Shown piece by piece: positions 34,869 to 49,080 of a stretch of DNA of 64,000 nt. Location of the stretch: assembly GCA_965112155.1 (NCBI GenBank), contig OZ218101.1. One strand, written 5' to 3'. Position numbers and translations under genes: made by a program. The notes beneath the pieces were generated by a model that saw only the letters and a program-made list of their open reading frames with translations, was not told the DNA's origin and did no database searches. Within the stretch, counting starts at the first letter, position 1. Each line of letters starts with the position of its first letter. The stretch comes from Podarcis liolepis. Its lineage: Eukaryota.

Positions 34869-36670
34869 ACCTTTTAAAAATCCAAATATTGTCTGTTGAC
34901 ATTCCTTTGGACCCATCAACAAAATAATTCCCACCAAAGGATTTCACTGTAAATTTGAGACACATGACCCAACAGCCATATCTGCAGAAAGCCCTGGTTG
35001 CTCTACTACAAAGTGTCCTTTGGAGAAGGTCAACCTATACTAGAGGAGACAGAAAGGGAGTACTTAACCCTTCCTCTTTCTGCCATCTTCTCCTTCATAC
35101 ATTATCCAGAGCTTTTTTTCCCAGCCAGTAATCTCCTACACCTGTGGTTATTTTCCCTTGTTTGAAATCCTGTGGTACTGAGGCAGCTGGGTTAATTTCA
35201 GAAGAAAATGGGCTGGCAGGGAAAGGTTAAGCATCCCAAGTGTTAGCAATAGAGAAGAAGCTGTTGAGTCTTTGTAATATTCATTGTTTTTACAAAAAAA
35301 TGCATGAAAATATTAACAAATTATAATCTGTTGCTTCATTTTCTCACATAAACAGCATACAGTAAGGCTCTGGGCTGCAGCTTGTCCATTCGGCATATTT
35401 GTGAGTTGTTCATCCTTTCTTTAAAAACAGGTTTACCACATTTGGACTCATTAACAAGCATATAATTTTAAAGTCTCACAATAGATAAGCAATCAGCTCT
35501 GACAGGAACAAGACAGAGGACAAGCACTTCAGTATCGGGGAATTGAAAACACAAAAACACAATCCTAGACTGATTGTTGCTGGTTTAATAAATCCTAGCG
35601 TAAGCTCTGTGAAGCACTGAAATGTCCATTCAGATTTGGACAGGAATGTTGAAAAGCTACTTTTTTTGTTTAAAAGGAAGGAGGCACTATGACTCCAGGA
35701 AAGAATAATCTGCTCCACAAATGTAGCTCTTTGTAGGTTATACTCAGATCAATTAGTTTTGATCCATTGGTTATGCACATCATTAAGCAGATTGTGTAAC
35801 TGATCCAATAATCACAAATGAAAAATATTTGAGATGCTACCTCTTTAAAAGGTTTGAAACATATAAGGTTTAATTTAACATTGTGTTTTTCCTATTGTTC
35901 TGCTGCACAAGCGTTTCAACTTGCCACATGGAATGACCCCCCCCCCGACCCCCATGTGCTGTTTTTGGGGATCTTCATTTTAACATGAGCCTACCTAATT
36001 TGCACGTCTCAAAACAATGCATTGACAAAAATCCAGCTGTTCGTCAAGATCTGCACCTCTCTGAATTTTGTGATGCAGCTCTCCAGCCAAAAGAATATGT
36101 ACAAAAAGAATGTCTGCTAGGAGAATGTCTGCAGAAATAGGTGTACATTGGTGAAAACAACATTCAGACATGTTTTATATTAGGAAAAATTGCTTGCTAA
36201 TCAATTTTCAGGAGGAGTTTTTTGAACGCAAACGGATGCCAAAAATGTGGGAAATGGAACTTAAGATTGGAAAAATGAGAACTTTAGAGAAACTGAAAAT
36301 GATAGATTTGTCCATCTCTAGTTGGAATATAGTGTTCTGCTTCAGGCCCTTACAGATTGTGGCATCCTTGAGGAGGGCTTGACTGTTTGGCTGACTCCCT
36401 GAACAGGAGTACTCCTCCTAAAAGATGAGGATAAATGGCTGCATTTTGTTGCTGGTTACTCATGCATCTTTCAAAGCAAAAGCTGACTGTGATATGTTCA
36501 ATTGCTTCTAAATAAATAAATGAATAAAATATGTTCAATCGCTTCCTTCCTCTGTCAGGCCTCCTATGTCTCTATGCAATCCTAGGTTTCATTCTATGCT
36601 CTTGCCTCTCATGTAAACTTCCTATTTTTATTAACTTTACAACAGAACTCTATACCTGTTTGTGTGACAT

Positions 36671-36857
36671 TTCCGTGTGCTCTGGTTTCCTGTTGCGCCA
36701 GAAGCGGTTTAGTCATGCTGACCAAATGACCCGGAAAGCTGTCTGTGGACAAACGCTGGCTCCCTTGGCCTGAAAAGTGAGATGAGTGCCATTGCCATAG
36801 TCACCTTTGACTGGACTTAACCATCCAGGGGTCCTTTACCTTTACCTTTTACCTTTA
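36671..36857 (+). mobile_element. Sauria SINE, 5'-truncated
   Basis: Body matches 19658-20009; tail (ACCTTT)3. Confidence 0.88.
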
Positions 36858-37889
36858 ATTCTAACACTGCATTGTTACTTTACATTTATTGTAATCTTAG
36901 GTCACATAAACACTATATATTTTACACCATCAAATAATTATAGGTGCTGCTGTTTGTTAAGTGCTGCTGGGAATTATAACTCTGTGAGGGGTAAATACAG
37001 TGCCCAGAATTCTTTGAGGGTGAAAAATGTGCTTTGGATGTGCTTTCATGATATTGTTGACTTGTTCCTAGTGTTTATTCTTGGAGCCCACCTCAGATTT
37101 TCAGAGAAAAACAGAACACTGATAACTCTTCAACATTTTGACACAAGCATGTGATGTCTGATGCTTTCAAGTTAAAATCTCGAAACAATATATTGAAGAA
37201 TTACTATAAGGGTTATCTCAGAAGAAAATCCTTTTAGTCACATCATTCCAATATGAGTTTCTTAGTATATATAAACCTAGGGAGCTATGCTCATAACACT
37301 ATTAATATGCCACAAGTAATAAATGTATCAGATGGTTGTCAATAAAACTTGCAAATAGACAGTATCTGCGATAAAGATCCTAGGAATTAAATGTAGCATT
37401 TCCCCCAAAGAATTGTACTCTATTAACAGATTTTACTGCATTATGTTACCAACTGTTGCTTTTAGCACCTCTTCCTTTTGTAAGAAAGGAATATCCTCAC
37501 CTAGCATTTTGCTAGTGCTCCCAAGGAAGAATAAAACATAAATAGTATGTTGTTAAGTCTGCCTGCTCACAATGATATATATTTTTTTAAAAAAAGAATC
37601 TCACAAATCAATCATTCCTATATCTTATTCCAATAGCTAATTAGCCCACAGCAAGGGGACAAAAAGAGCTGTCATTACTTGGTACCTGAGCAATTAAAGA
37701 TGAACCCCCCACCTCTATGAGTACAAAAATAAATATACACACATTTAATGATTAATGAGAGACTTTCTCAATGGCAAGAACATTATCAGGGAAATGATGC
37801 ACACAAGCTTATTATCTGTTGAGTGGCTTAAATCCAGCATCTTTGACTTCAGGAGGACCTTTTAAATGTGAAGGGAGATATGGTTTTTT

Positions 37890-38330
37890 AAAATGTTTTT
37901 TATTCTTATTTTGACAAAGTAATAATCATAAATTAATGAGAATAAAAATGTGCACCCTACCCTCGAGACCATTCCATTGTAACTATCCAACCTCCCAAAA
38001 TTTCAACACCTATTGCGATGGTTTGACCCCTTTCTGTTTTAACAGTGCAAATTCTACAAGCACCTTTCAAGTCTCCTCAGAATCATTTCTCCTGCATATT
38101 CCACGTCTTACCTTAATGACACATGTTAATTTGTCATTAGTAGCTATATCCCACACCTCTGTTCCAAATCATTGAATCCTATGATCCGTATCCCATAACA
38201 AGACAAGTCTTTCAGAAACTCTTCATAGCTTTAATTATACATCCCTGGTTAGCTATCTCTACTTTCCACTTCAGGTGATTCCACCTCACACTCCATATGA
38301 AGGAAGTGATTGCACATCTATATGACCTAT
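37890..38330 (-). mobile_element. Old L1 3'-end fragment
   Basis: The reverse strand gives VWDIATNDKLTCVIKVRRG, like an L1 ORF2 C-terminus, followed by AATAAAAAA. Confidence 0.55.
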
Positions 38331-38429
38331 CAAAGCCCACAGAGTTCTATAAGCTTTGCTCATTATGCTTCTCCATTTTTGAATATGTAGACATAACCAT
38401 TTAACTTGGCATGGCCTTTCTCACTGGCA

Positions 38430-38547
38430 AAGGGCTGCAGCTCAGTGGTAAATCACTGCGTTTTTCATGCAGCGAATCTCAGGTTTAGTTCCTGGCATCT
38501 CCAGGTAGGCCTGGGAAAGAATCCTGTCTGTTTCCAGTGTAGACAAT
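38430..38547 (+). mobile_element. tRNA-derived SINE remnant
   Basis: A box AGCTCAGTGG and degenerate B box GGTTTAGTTCC; same family as 46567-46754. Confidence 0.65.
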
Positions 38548-40214
38548 AATGAAATAAATCAAGTGGTCCACAAGCTTTATACAGTTGGTCTGCACCATGT
38601 ATATTGATTTTAATTGTATTTTATTGCTTCTTGTATTTCAGTTTTGTAACTTATGGTCCCTGTCCCTGTCCCCCACATTCTCTGTGCCTATCTTTCAGCT
38701 GCTTTGAAGAATTGTATTTTATCATACTAATACTATATATTAATATAACAAATAAAATTCATAATTATTTCTACTTAAAATGACTTCTGAGTAGATCTGA
38801 GTGGTGTCAGGACCATATAGCAAGCACAATGACATCTCAGTTCCACATAGCCACATGGTTATGATGATGCCGTGCCCTAAGGATCCCCTCTTTCCTTCTG
38901 CTTATTATGTTCCTTGTCTTTCAGATTATTGCCTTTGTTCCTCTGTAAATTTTCTCTGCTACACGGCTAAAGTCTGCTGCCCATGTATTATGACATGGGT
39001 GTGTCAGGTTATATGTGGATTATGGACCCAAAGACTTTTAGATGCTAGATATAGGATCAATATAATCTCTGCTACATAGCCATGCAAATAGATTTATTTA
39101 CAGTCAATCAAATATTAAAGTTTTGGTACAGGTTTATGTGAATAATTTGATATTTTCCATCTTAAATAAAGAAGAAACAGATGACCGAAGAAGAAGAAGT
39201 ACATTGGTTATTGTGAAAGAAAGAAAGACTGTTAAGAAAATGAAGACTATTATTATTTTAGTTAACAGAAGGGTTGTTCAATGATAAACACTGTTGATAT
39301 CTAGCTGCATTCCAGGACTATTTTTTGTTTATCTTCTGTAAACACATAGATAGTGACTGGGCAGTAGAACAATGGCAAAGTTTGCCCTGGGTTTTTGTGT
39401 AATAATAGCCTGCATCTGCTCACTACCAAACTGCCATCTTGGCATCTGTTTACAGAACACATGGAGCATGAAAAAATCAGGCCATTTCTCTTTGTGGCTC
39501 AGATGTGGGTGACTTTGGCTACGTAAAAACTGAGGGGGGAAAAGCAGAAAAAAGCTGAAAAAACAATTTATGTAATTATAGTTTATTTTGAAAAAGTACA
39601 GTGACTTTTATCTATCATTAAACGTTACCATAGCAAACAGTGCTTTGTGTAGCTCTACCTTTGTGAAGTACCAGCCTCCATGTGGAAAATAATCAAACAG
39701 AAGATGGTGTTCCCTACATTTCAGTCTCTATAGGAACTTGTAATTATAGTGGCACAAACTCCAGCTTGCACCTCATAGCTACATACAGAGCCAGCCCACA
39801 TATGTCTTAGGTAGGGTGGAGAAGCCACCTCAGGCAACAGAAGCCACCCATGGGCATCCTGCCTGCCTCGCAGCTTCCATTGCTGCTGGAGAAGCAACCC
39901 AGGTAAGGGAGGCAGTGGCGGTGGCAGAGTGGCACAGTGTTCTTCCCCCTGGGTTTGCTGCTGGTCTTCCTTATCCCTAGTGGCAGAAAGTGACCAGTGG
40001 CAAAGCTCTCTAGCAAGAGGGAAGCATTCCAGAAGCCTTTGCAGAGTCCTCCCCATCCCTGGTGGCATGTGGGTGGGTGGTGGTGAGATGTTTTGCCTCA
40101 GGCACCAAAAAGGCTCCAGTCGCCCCGAGCTACAGAGGGGTTTCAGGTTGGGGGGCAGTTAGAAGATCTTCTCCCCTTCCTGCCACCCACGTACTGATTA
40201 GAACAGCTGCCTGT

Positions 40215-40400
40215 CTAAAGTAGAGGGCCTTCTATGGGCTCTTCTGCCATCTGAGGTGAGGAGGCAGCTATCAGAGAGGGGTTCTACTCAGGGACAGCAT
40301 CTCAGCTGTGGAATTCTTTCCCCAGCAAAGATCACCTGGCACCTACACTGCATTATTGGCACAAGGCAAAGACCTTTATAATTCCCCAAGACGTTTAGAC
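40215..40400 (+). mobile_element. Degenerate L2 3' fragment
   Basis: Resembles the C-terminal L2 segment at 31990-32190. Confidence 0.5.
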
Positions 40401-42832
40401 TTGATTTCCTTTTGTTGATGGATTATATGCTATGTTAATAATGGCTACTGCCTGGCCTTTTAAAAAAGCACAATTACTTTAAATGTTTTGTTGATTCCCC
40501 CCTCTCAGAAAAGAAAAGTCCCCCTGGGAATTTGAATGATGCTTATAATAAATGCATTCTAAATAATTAAATGCTTCTGAAGGCAACCTGGGGGCATACT
40601 TGCACCAGGTTAATTACATTTGTTTTAAGCAATTTCTAGCCTGCCTTTCCTAGACAACAAATCCCAGGTAGGGCACAATAAAAATAAATTTTTAAAAAAC
40701 AACAACAGAATAATAACCATCCATTAATATCAAACAATGGGTCAGATTTAAACGTTTAAGTGGAAGTAGAAAGACAATGCTAGTGTCTTTACCTATCACC
40801 ACTTGTGGGGTGGGCAAGGACACAGCACCCTAGCACCGATTTCTACGGTTACGAATGACTGCTGCCAAAATGCCACCAATTGTGGCATGATCTATAGAAG
40901 GCAAAGACAATGAGAATGAACACCAAACACCTTCCTCAAATGTCAGAGCTTTACATTGATTTTCTATTGGAAGTATTAGACAGTTATAAATTATTATGGC
41001 AAGTCTTTTCTTATTTCAAGACACTCCTGGCTGCTACATCAAAGGGATAAACAAAAGTGATTGTTCTTATAACTTTGTGCAGGTATTTGCAGGACAAAGT
41101 ATAATTGACAACTTATGTTTGATCACAGCCCTTTTAATTAGGAACATATTGCATCTGCTTAACATTGCTAGTGTTTGGGTGCAAAAGATTTTCAGTGTCA
41201 ATTAATCTCGTAATATCCCTAAGCAAGCTGGAATTGTTGAAGAAGATGGAAATTGGCTGATGAATGTATTGGTCACTTCAGAGGCATGTTCAAATCTATC
41301 TTCTTGCTGTCCTAATGAATATGGAAACCTGCCCAGTGTGTGATTGGATTTTAATGACTACAAGGTCAGGGACTTTGCAAGGTGTGAATCTGCTTGCAAG
41401 GTCGTAAGTGGCAAGCGGCGCATGGATCTGAAAATAAACAAGGGGCTGTCAGGGATATTAGCTTTTTTGTAGAAAAACCCATGGGATGAAAAGGTTAACA
41501 GGTGATTGCATTGTAACTTGTTTTGAAACTCAGAATGAGCTCTAAAGGTACGTGCATTATCCTTCATTATACTTTGCATGAGAAATCATGGTAATTTAAA
41601 ATGCAAGCAATGTTTGATTATAATAGCACACTAGCTTATCACAAGACTGCATTTATCACTAGGCAAACCAGTCCACTGAATCAACATATGCTCAAATGGT
41701 AGCACCTTCGGAGTAACAGGTAAAATTACCTGGTCAAAAATGCCTGTGGGTTGGAAGAAAATATCTGCCTCCAATAGATAATCCAAGCCAGAAATTACTC
41801 ACAAAAATGCAGGTCATGTGCATTGCTACCCTAAATTAATTTGATTTTCAATGAGGAATAATTCAGGTTGTTGGGAAAGAATAATAGGAAATGAGTTTAG
41901 AAATATTAAGAAAAAAATATTAATAGCTTGTCAGAAGGAGTATGAATTATTGTGGAACAATGCACAGATTGCTTCTGGAGAAGAAAAACAGCAAAAGAAA
42001 CTGCAAATGAGGGAAGACGGATAAAGGAAAAAGGAAAAACAGAACACATTGTTCTGAGTAAATCAAAATAAAAAAACTACCTTCTAAAATCTGAGCACAA
42101 AAAGAGCCAAATCTTGGGTGTGCCTCATCTGGCATTTTGTGAATCTTTGTACTTTTGTCCATTTACTGTACTTATTTTTCCTGATTTGAACTAGTCAAAA
42201 TGAGTCAAAATGAGAGTGCCCCTAAACATTTATTTTAGAAAAAAGGACTGGGTAGTAGTGAATACACCTTTTGCTTGCAAGCAGTTTGCATATCTGTTCC
42301 AGGAGGGGTCTGCTTGGACCGAAGGACACAAGGAATTATAAAGGGCAACTTAGTAAGTAGTGGGATACAGCCTCAACCTCACCAGGCTTACAAATACAAA
42401 GTTTCTGGTGGGTTGGAATGTTTTTCACCCTCTCATCTAAAATAAATAAATCAGAGGACACACATCAGACACATAAAGAGGTGAATGCTTTTCTTAAAGA
42501 AGTTACAGTAGATTTATAAAATAGTTCTCTGGTAGCAATGCATTGGGGGCTGGCCCGACATGCCGTTGAAGAAGAGGAATCCTCTTCCAGGTCCCTGGCA
42601 GTGTGTGTGTGTGTGGTGCGAGTTGGTAACTTATAGCAGCTTAATGTAAAATGAGGCTGATCTGGTCTGTATCACTGAGGCAAGGATGGGTGAGCTGGGT
42701 GGAGCTGGTCTCACCCAGAAGTGCCCATCTGGTGCAGCAAACAAGAGGGTTAAGGACACCTCTGAACAGGCATGGTTAGAACTGTACTGTAAGTTATCTG
42801 CTGTCTTTCACACTTCCTTAATGTCCTGATGC

Positions 42833-43096
42833 AGGGTGGTATAGTGGTTAAGAGCGGTAGTCTCGTAATCTGGGGAACCGGGTTCGCGTCTCCGCTCCTC
42901 CACATGCAGCTGCTGGGTGACCTTGGGCTAGTCACACTTCTCTGAAGTCTCTCAGCCCCACTCACCTCACAGAGTGTTTGTTGTGGGGGAGGAAGGGAAA
43001 GGAGATAGTTAGCCAATTTGAGAATCCTTAGGGTAGAGATAAAGCGGGATATCAAATCCAAACTCCTCCTCCTCCTCCTCCTCCTCCTCTTCTCCT
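42833..43096 (+). mobile_element. CORE-SINE (Squam3/MIR-derived type), full length
   Basis: A box TGGTATAGTGG, B box GGTTCGCGTCTCC, CORE TGGGTGACCTTGGGC, and a (CTC)n tail. Confidence 0.82.
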
Positions 43097-44235
43097 CACT
43101 AAAAAACAAAGGTATCAAAATACATTTTAAAATGCAGATTAAGAAAAAAAATCCCATTTAGAAATGCCTGTTCTTAGAGAAATAAATATTAAAACATGTA
43201 TTTAAATTCTATGGCCATGAATACCTCCTATTTGCTACAAAGAAAGGCACAAATGCAAAACATAACCTGAAATACTTTCTGTTCCGCAATCAAGGCAATT
43301 GAATTTGTGGATATAAGATTTTCATTTAATTCTACAGGAGCAAGAACCTGGCACTAATACTATAATTCTCAGTAGACTGCACTGAGATATAATCACTTGT
43401 TTTCTTTAACACTTGTATACGTACTAATAACCTATTCTACCGCTGAAATAAAATAAAAATGAAAACGTAAGACTTTGGTGTGTGTGTTTTTTAGAAAAAA
43501 GTACTGAAGGGCCTGTTGCTGCTGTCCCCCGTAGCTTTTTGGCATTGCTATTTGCTTTTGTAGGTCTCATTCTGACAGCTACATTAGTATTTTCTGGTTG
43601 AAGTAAAATGGGAAAGCAAGCCAGGCCTAATGTTTTTAAAAGGCTTTCTGACCATTACAAGGGAGGGGGTGGCTGTTTAATTGGCATACAGTGGCAATTA
43701 CACGGTGGCAATACAATGAATCTCTCTGTAGAGTCTCCAATTATTGCACAAGAACAGGTATAAAATACTATTTCCAGTGGACAGAATGTTGTGGCTTGTC
43801 TTCACTACCTTTACACAGCATTAATAAGGGAAGGAGGAAGTATGGTTTTCCTTTAACTAAACAATGAAGTGCTTTTCTCTCGGAGATGAAGGTCATAATG
43901 CAAGGCTTCCTGGAAAGCTTAAACTGGAACTATTCGAGGGAAACAAAATATAAATTAGATATTGCTAGTTTTCAATGTGGTTTTATTTAATATTTATTTA
44001 TTTTATTTAAAATATTTATAGGTCACCTTTCCAAATCAAAATCTCTCTCTTGGATTATATATGAACCTAGCGTTTAAAAACTTCGATGTCATGTTGTATG
44101 AAATGTTCCCACCATTTATGTCAGCATACTTTCATGCCTGGGGTCAAAACCCAGCAGGGTGCAGCAAATGCTGTTGGGGTATAGTAGGGTAAGACGTTTA
44201 TTTCATGATATGTGACTTTTATTTTCAAGAAGTTA

Positions 44236-44878
44236 CCGTATTTTTCCATGTATAAGATGAGCTTTTTTTGACCCAAAAATGAGGTTTAAAATTTAGGCTC
44301 AGCTTATACACAGGTTGTGCTGAGGGGGGTGGCACAAGCCTGAGATTGTAAGTGGGGATTGGCCGCTTGATTGTTGGGGGGGGGGGAATGCCGAAAACCA
44401 CTCACCCGCCAGAACGCAGCACACAACCCCTCACATCACTTACAATTGCTGCTTACAATCTCGGGCTCACACTTCATTCCGACGGGTGCGCAATTTTCGG
44501 CATCTCCCCCCCCCCCAACAATCAAGCGGCCAATCACCGCTTAAAAACTCAGGCTTGTGCTTTGTTCTGGCGGGTGAGTGATTTTCAGCATTGGCTGCTT
44601 GATTGTTGGGGGGGGCGGAATCCCAAAAATCACTCACCCGCTGGAACACACACAACTGCTCGCATCGCAGCTGCTTGATCGCAGCCATTAGCCCTCCTGC
44701 TTGCCATTGCGACAGCCAATAGACAGCTGCCCCAATGTTCTGCCGGGTGAGCAATTTTTGGCATTCCCCCCAAATAACCCTTCCCCAAAGCTCAATCCCC
44801 CCTATTTTCTAAATTTTGAGGCCCCCAAAATAAGGTACGTCTTATAGACGAGGGCGTCTTATAGACGGAAAAACATGG
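44236..44878. mobile_element. Tc1/mariner-superfamily (Tc2/pogo-like) non-autonomous element
   Basis: TIRs CCGTATTTTTCCATGTATAAGA / TCTTATAGACGGAAAAACATGG, with TA on both sides. Confidence 0.85.
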
Positions 44879-45429
44879 TAATATTTATTTCCTTGGATTC
44901 ATATTATCATAGAGAACCCCAATTTCCACCCACCCCCTCACAAAGTTGTTTTCATAAAGCAATCAGTGGCATGGTATTTATTTCTTTTGCATCTTCGATG
45001 GATCTTCTATTTCATTAGATCTGAATCTGCAGATGTTTAGAAAGCTAAAACAAGAATCATATTTGGCATAAGCCATGTGCTAGGAAATAAGGTTGCTGAA
45101 TAGTGTTTATAATGATAGCAATTTATTTCAGGGTTTAGAGTTTCTGTCCTGGCAAAGTGCAGTTCTGAGACATTAAATGTTATAGTGGACAAGGAAGTGT
45201 CCATCCTGAAATTTTATCAGAGGAAAAGGCAGGCTTTTATTAATCTATCAAAATCCTATCCTGATCGCCAGACTCTGTCGAGGTCCTACTTGGTGCACAT
45301 AGATTGAAAGGTTTGGCAACTATATTTAGCTGCATTACATTTGATTTGGTTAGAACTTCGCACAAGTCATATTTTCAGCACCATCTTAGGCACAGTCCCT
45401 CCATGTTCTGTCAGGCTTACCCAGAATAT

Positions 45430-45775
45430 AAAGGTAAAGGTAAAGGACCCCTGGACAGTTCATTTCACTTTCAGGCTGAGGGAGCTGGTGTTTGTCCACA
45501 GACAGCTTTCCGGCCCATGTGGCCAGCATGACTAAACCGCTTCTGGCACAACAGGACACCGTGACGGAAACCAGAGCGCACAGAAATGCCATTTACCTTC
45601 TTGCTGCACTGGTACCTATTTATCTACTTGCACTGGTGTGCCATCAAAGTGCTAGGTTGGCAGGAGCTGGGACAGAGCAATGAGAGCTCACCCCATTGCT
45701 GGGATTCAAACTGCCAACCTTCTGATTGGCAAATCCAAGAGGCTCAGTGGTTTAGACCACAGCGCTACCCACATC
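45430..45775 (-). mobile_element. Sauria SINE with an internal deletion
   Basis: AAAGGTAAAGGTAAAGG tail and an approximate TSD CCCAGAAT. Confidence 0.88.
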
Positions 45776-45869
45776 CCAGAATGTATGTATAGATTGCAGC
45801 TGTATAGATTGCAACCCTATATATGTCTACTGAGAAGTTAGCCTTACTGGATCAATGAAAGTTACTGTC

Positions 45870-46103
45870 AAGTTAAAAGAGGATTAGACAAATTCATGAA
45901 GGATAAGGCTATCAATTGATACTAGCCATGATGACTATGTTCCACCTCTTAATATGTCTCTCAATACCAGCTGCTGGAAATCACAGATGAGAAGAATGCG
46001 GTTGCACTCAGGTTTTGCTTCGGGCATTTGGATGGCGCCTGTGGGAACAGATTACTGGACTGAATAGGCCTTTGGCCTGATCAAGGAGGGTTCTTATATT
46101 CTT
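45870..46103 (+). mobile_element. Old CR1 3' end
   Basis: KRGLDKFMKDKAI ORF end and a TTCTTAT.TTCTT tail. A related copy lies at about 58085-58240. Confidence 0.7.
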
Positions 46104-46566
46104 TTGAGAATAAGATTGCAGTTTTGAGGTAATAAAAAACTGTGACTGGCTCTGTGAACTCTGTAAATATACATTAAAAGGCAGATTTGCATATGTAGAA
46201 TAACTAAATAGAATAACTAAATAAGCATGTTTCCCTTCACTCAATTGTGATTTGATTATTCAACATTTAACATACGTATTCTGCACTGCAAAATACTGAG
46301 TTTCAGTTATCCCTAGATGATATGAAATGTTTGTCTGTGGTGATAAATTTTTGACATCTCATCCCCACATGCAACATATCACTTGATACTACAGTTAATG
46401 AGTGTCAAAAGTGCATGTATGAACTTGCCCGGTGTCTTTTCTTGTTACTTGATAAACTTTAGGTTGCTTCTGAGATTCAAACTCTTGTAAATGAATATAT
46501 CACACTCTAAATACACACATAGAATGGGCTGCTTTTAGCTTATAGTTCTAAACACACTTCAGAGAA

Positions 46567-46754
46567 AGAGTCTAAGCTCAGTGGTAGATCATCTAACTTA
46601 CATGAAGAAAGCTCCAGGTGCAGTCCCTGGCATTCCCAAGTTGGGTTGGAAGAAATTCCTCTCTGACATCTTGGAAAGCCACTGCCAGCCTCTGTGGACA
46701 ATACTGAACTAGAGGCCAATGGTTTGACAGTATAAGAAAGTTCCTATGTTCCTA
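46567..46754 (+). mobile_element. tRNA-derived SINE with a CR1-like tail
   Basis: A box AGCTCAGTGGTAGA, B box GGTGCAGTCCC, and tail TTCCTATGTTCCTA. Confidence 0.7.
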
Positions 46755-48693
46755 AGCCTCACAGTGGGATCCCCCCCCCCGAGCAGTCATGCATAGGGTT
46801 GATCTACACAGACTGTCAGCCATTTTAAGTATAAAGAGGTACAGGGGTTGGGGAGGTAGGGTTCATTTTTATTTTAAAAACCAGCAATAGCTGAGTGAAA
46901 AACTTTTTTTCCTATATGATAAAAAAACAACATGAATAGAAAAGTATTTGTAACTGGTTTTTGGTTTTTTTAAGTAAAAAGGAACTGCTCTTTTTAGCAA
47001 TACTTTCCGATTGCGTGTTCAGACCTTTAAACCTTCCCCTTAAATAAATTCAGACAAGACTCAAAATTTTGGTTTGGTTTTTTGGCAGAATTTAGGCCAT
47101 AACTTTATTGATTACAGCAAGTGAGTGGTTGCATAGGCTCTGGTTTGACTAGCTTCCTGCACCGTTGTGGATAGCGCTGACCCAGGGCACCAGCATAGGT
47201 CAGCCTAGAACACCTGGATAGGCGGAAAGCCGGGAACAGGCTATGTCCACCACCCAGATGTCCCCCTCACAGGGTTGACCAAAGCATTGAGTCCCTGGAT
47301 TCCTTTAATGGAATACCCTTCACATAGGGATGGCAAGAGCATTCCCCCATCCCTATCACCTGAACCAGTGCAGGCGAAGCCCAAATGGCACCAGCCAATC
47401 AGCCAAGTGGGGAAAATTCCTGCCCTGCTCCTGTCCCAACGACTGATGACACACAATGGCATAGCAAGGTCAAACGCGCAAGCCCTAAATATATGGAGAA
47501 GTGGGCGGGTGTTCCAATGCACGCACTGAAAGAAGAAGCTCTGGGTCACGTGCAAGTGTATATAGGTCCCTTGATCCATTTAGCTTGCATCCCATTGGTC
47601 TGATTAAACCCTGCATCAAGGGACCTGCCAATTGGATGTTGTGGCTATCCAAATGTACCCACCCACAACACAGGGTTTGGTTGCCAGGTCTCAGCGCAAC
47701 ACGTGCCCTCTTTAAGGGAGGACCCAATGAACAAAGGGCAGACCCTGAGGGTATAATAGACTGGATGTTTCTGAGAGTTAAGTGCATACTGTTCCGAAAG
47801 ACTTTCCTTTGTAAATTGAACATCGAACTGTGTTCTACCTACACTGCATTTTGCATATTCATCTGTGAAACAATCAGAACAGGAGAGCACAGTGTTTAAC
47901 ACTGCAGCAACACATTTCCAATGCAAAAAGCAGCACAATGGACAAGAGCACTCTACAGTTTCACTGAGCAAGCTCGAAACAACATTCCCTTCCAACACAA
48001 GGCAACACAGATAATATCATATTGCCTACTTCTGCCCTACATGATATGACTTTACGTCATTCAAAAGTAACGAACTGATGCTGTAATTTACTCCTTCCTC
48101 TGTAGTGTTGCTATTCTGAGCGATTACTTTTGATTTAGACCCTGATAAACCCAATTTGGCTGACAAATTATCATTTTATTTTTAAATCAGACTCAAGTTT
48201 GTTACTTACAGTTGTCATAATATAGGGGACCACGTTCATTTCTGTTTGCACTAATGAAGTTTTTGAATGCATTTTCTGACCTTTTGGGGTGAACAGAATC
48301 ATTAGCAGCAAGTATTTTACCAAATGCCCTATTTGCCAATGAAATAGGCTATTAATAAGAGCCTTTTCACCTTCATTGCTAATTGCTCTCTTGAAAAACA
48401 GTTTTATTTGGATTTCCAGTTTTCCATGCCAGCTGTAAATAGATATATGTTGTATCACATTCTTCATTTAAGGAAAGAAATAGCTTAAGATGAAGAGCAA
48501 CAGGAAGTCAGCAGGGATTCACCAATGGATGAGGGAAATGGGTTTTAAATCTTTCATTAGTTGTAATACTGCAAAATCTAATGCCATGGCTTTGAAAAAT
48601 GTACACTGTGCTTGCTGAAAAGTTTTGGGAGACAGAATTCATTCATGAGGAGATCCAAATTGTGGAATGGTCACAGGTGTCTCTTAACTGGCA

Positions 48694-49080
48694 TTCTTGT
48701 TTTTGGCATCCGTCCATCTCAGGACACAATGGAGTGCACATCTGGGGGTGAAGTCAAACCACTGTGTTAGCAGCACTGAAGTGACCTTCTTGCCACCTAG
48801 GCAGTGTGTATGGAGGTCCTGGGCTACCCGGACGACAAGAGCCTCCTCTCGGCCTCACTGCTGTGGTCCAAAGGAAAGCAGAGCAATACGTTTGGCACCA
48901 GCTTGGCTGCATGAATTGTCAGATGAAGGCCTACATGGCACCATCCAACCATCTTAGGGATTCCACTTCAGATTTGTGTAGGGTTTACTCCCTAGGCTTT
49001 TCTTCTCCTGTAGAGATTACACAAGGCAGCAAAGGTCTAGGATCAGAGTTTTCCTTCTCCTAGATGGGCTGCCTGGATCA
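48694..49080 (-). mobile_element. Second copy of the RTE/Vingi-like retroposon
   Basis: Reverse-complement homology to 22650-23103. Confidence 0.55.

Noticed and set aside
42295-42758. Possible minus-strand solo LTR
   Set aside because: TG...CA ends can be chosen, but there is no TSD or family match to support them.
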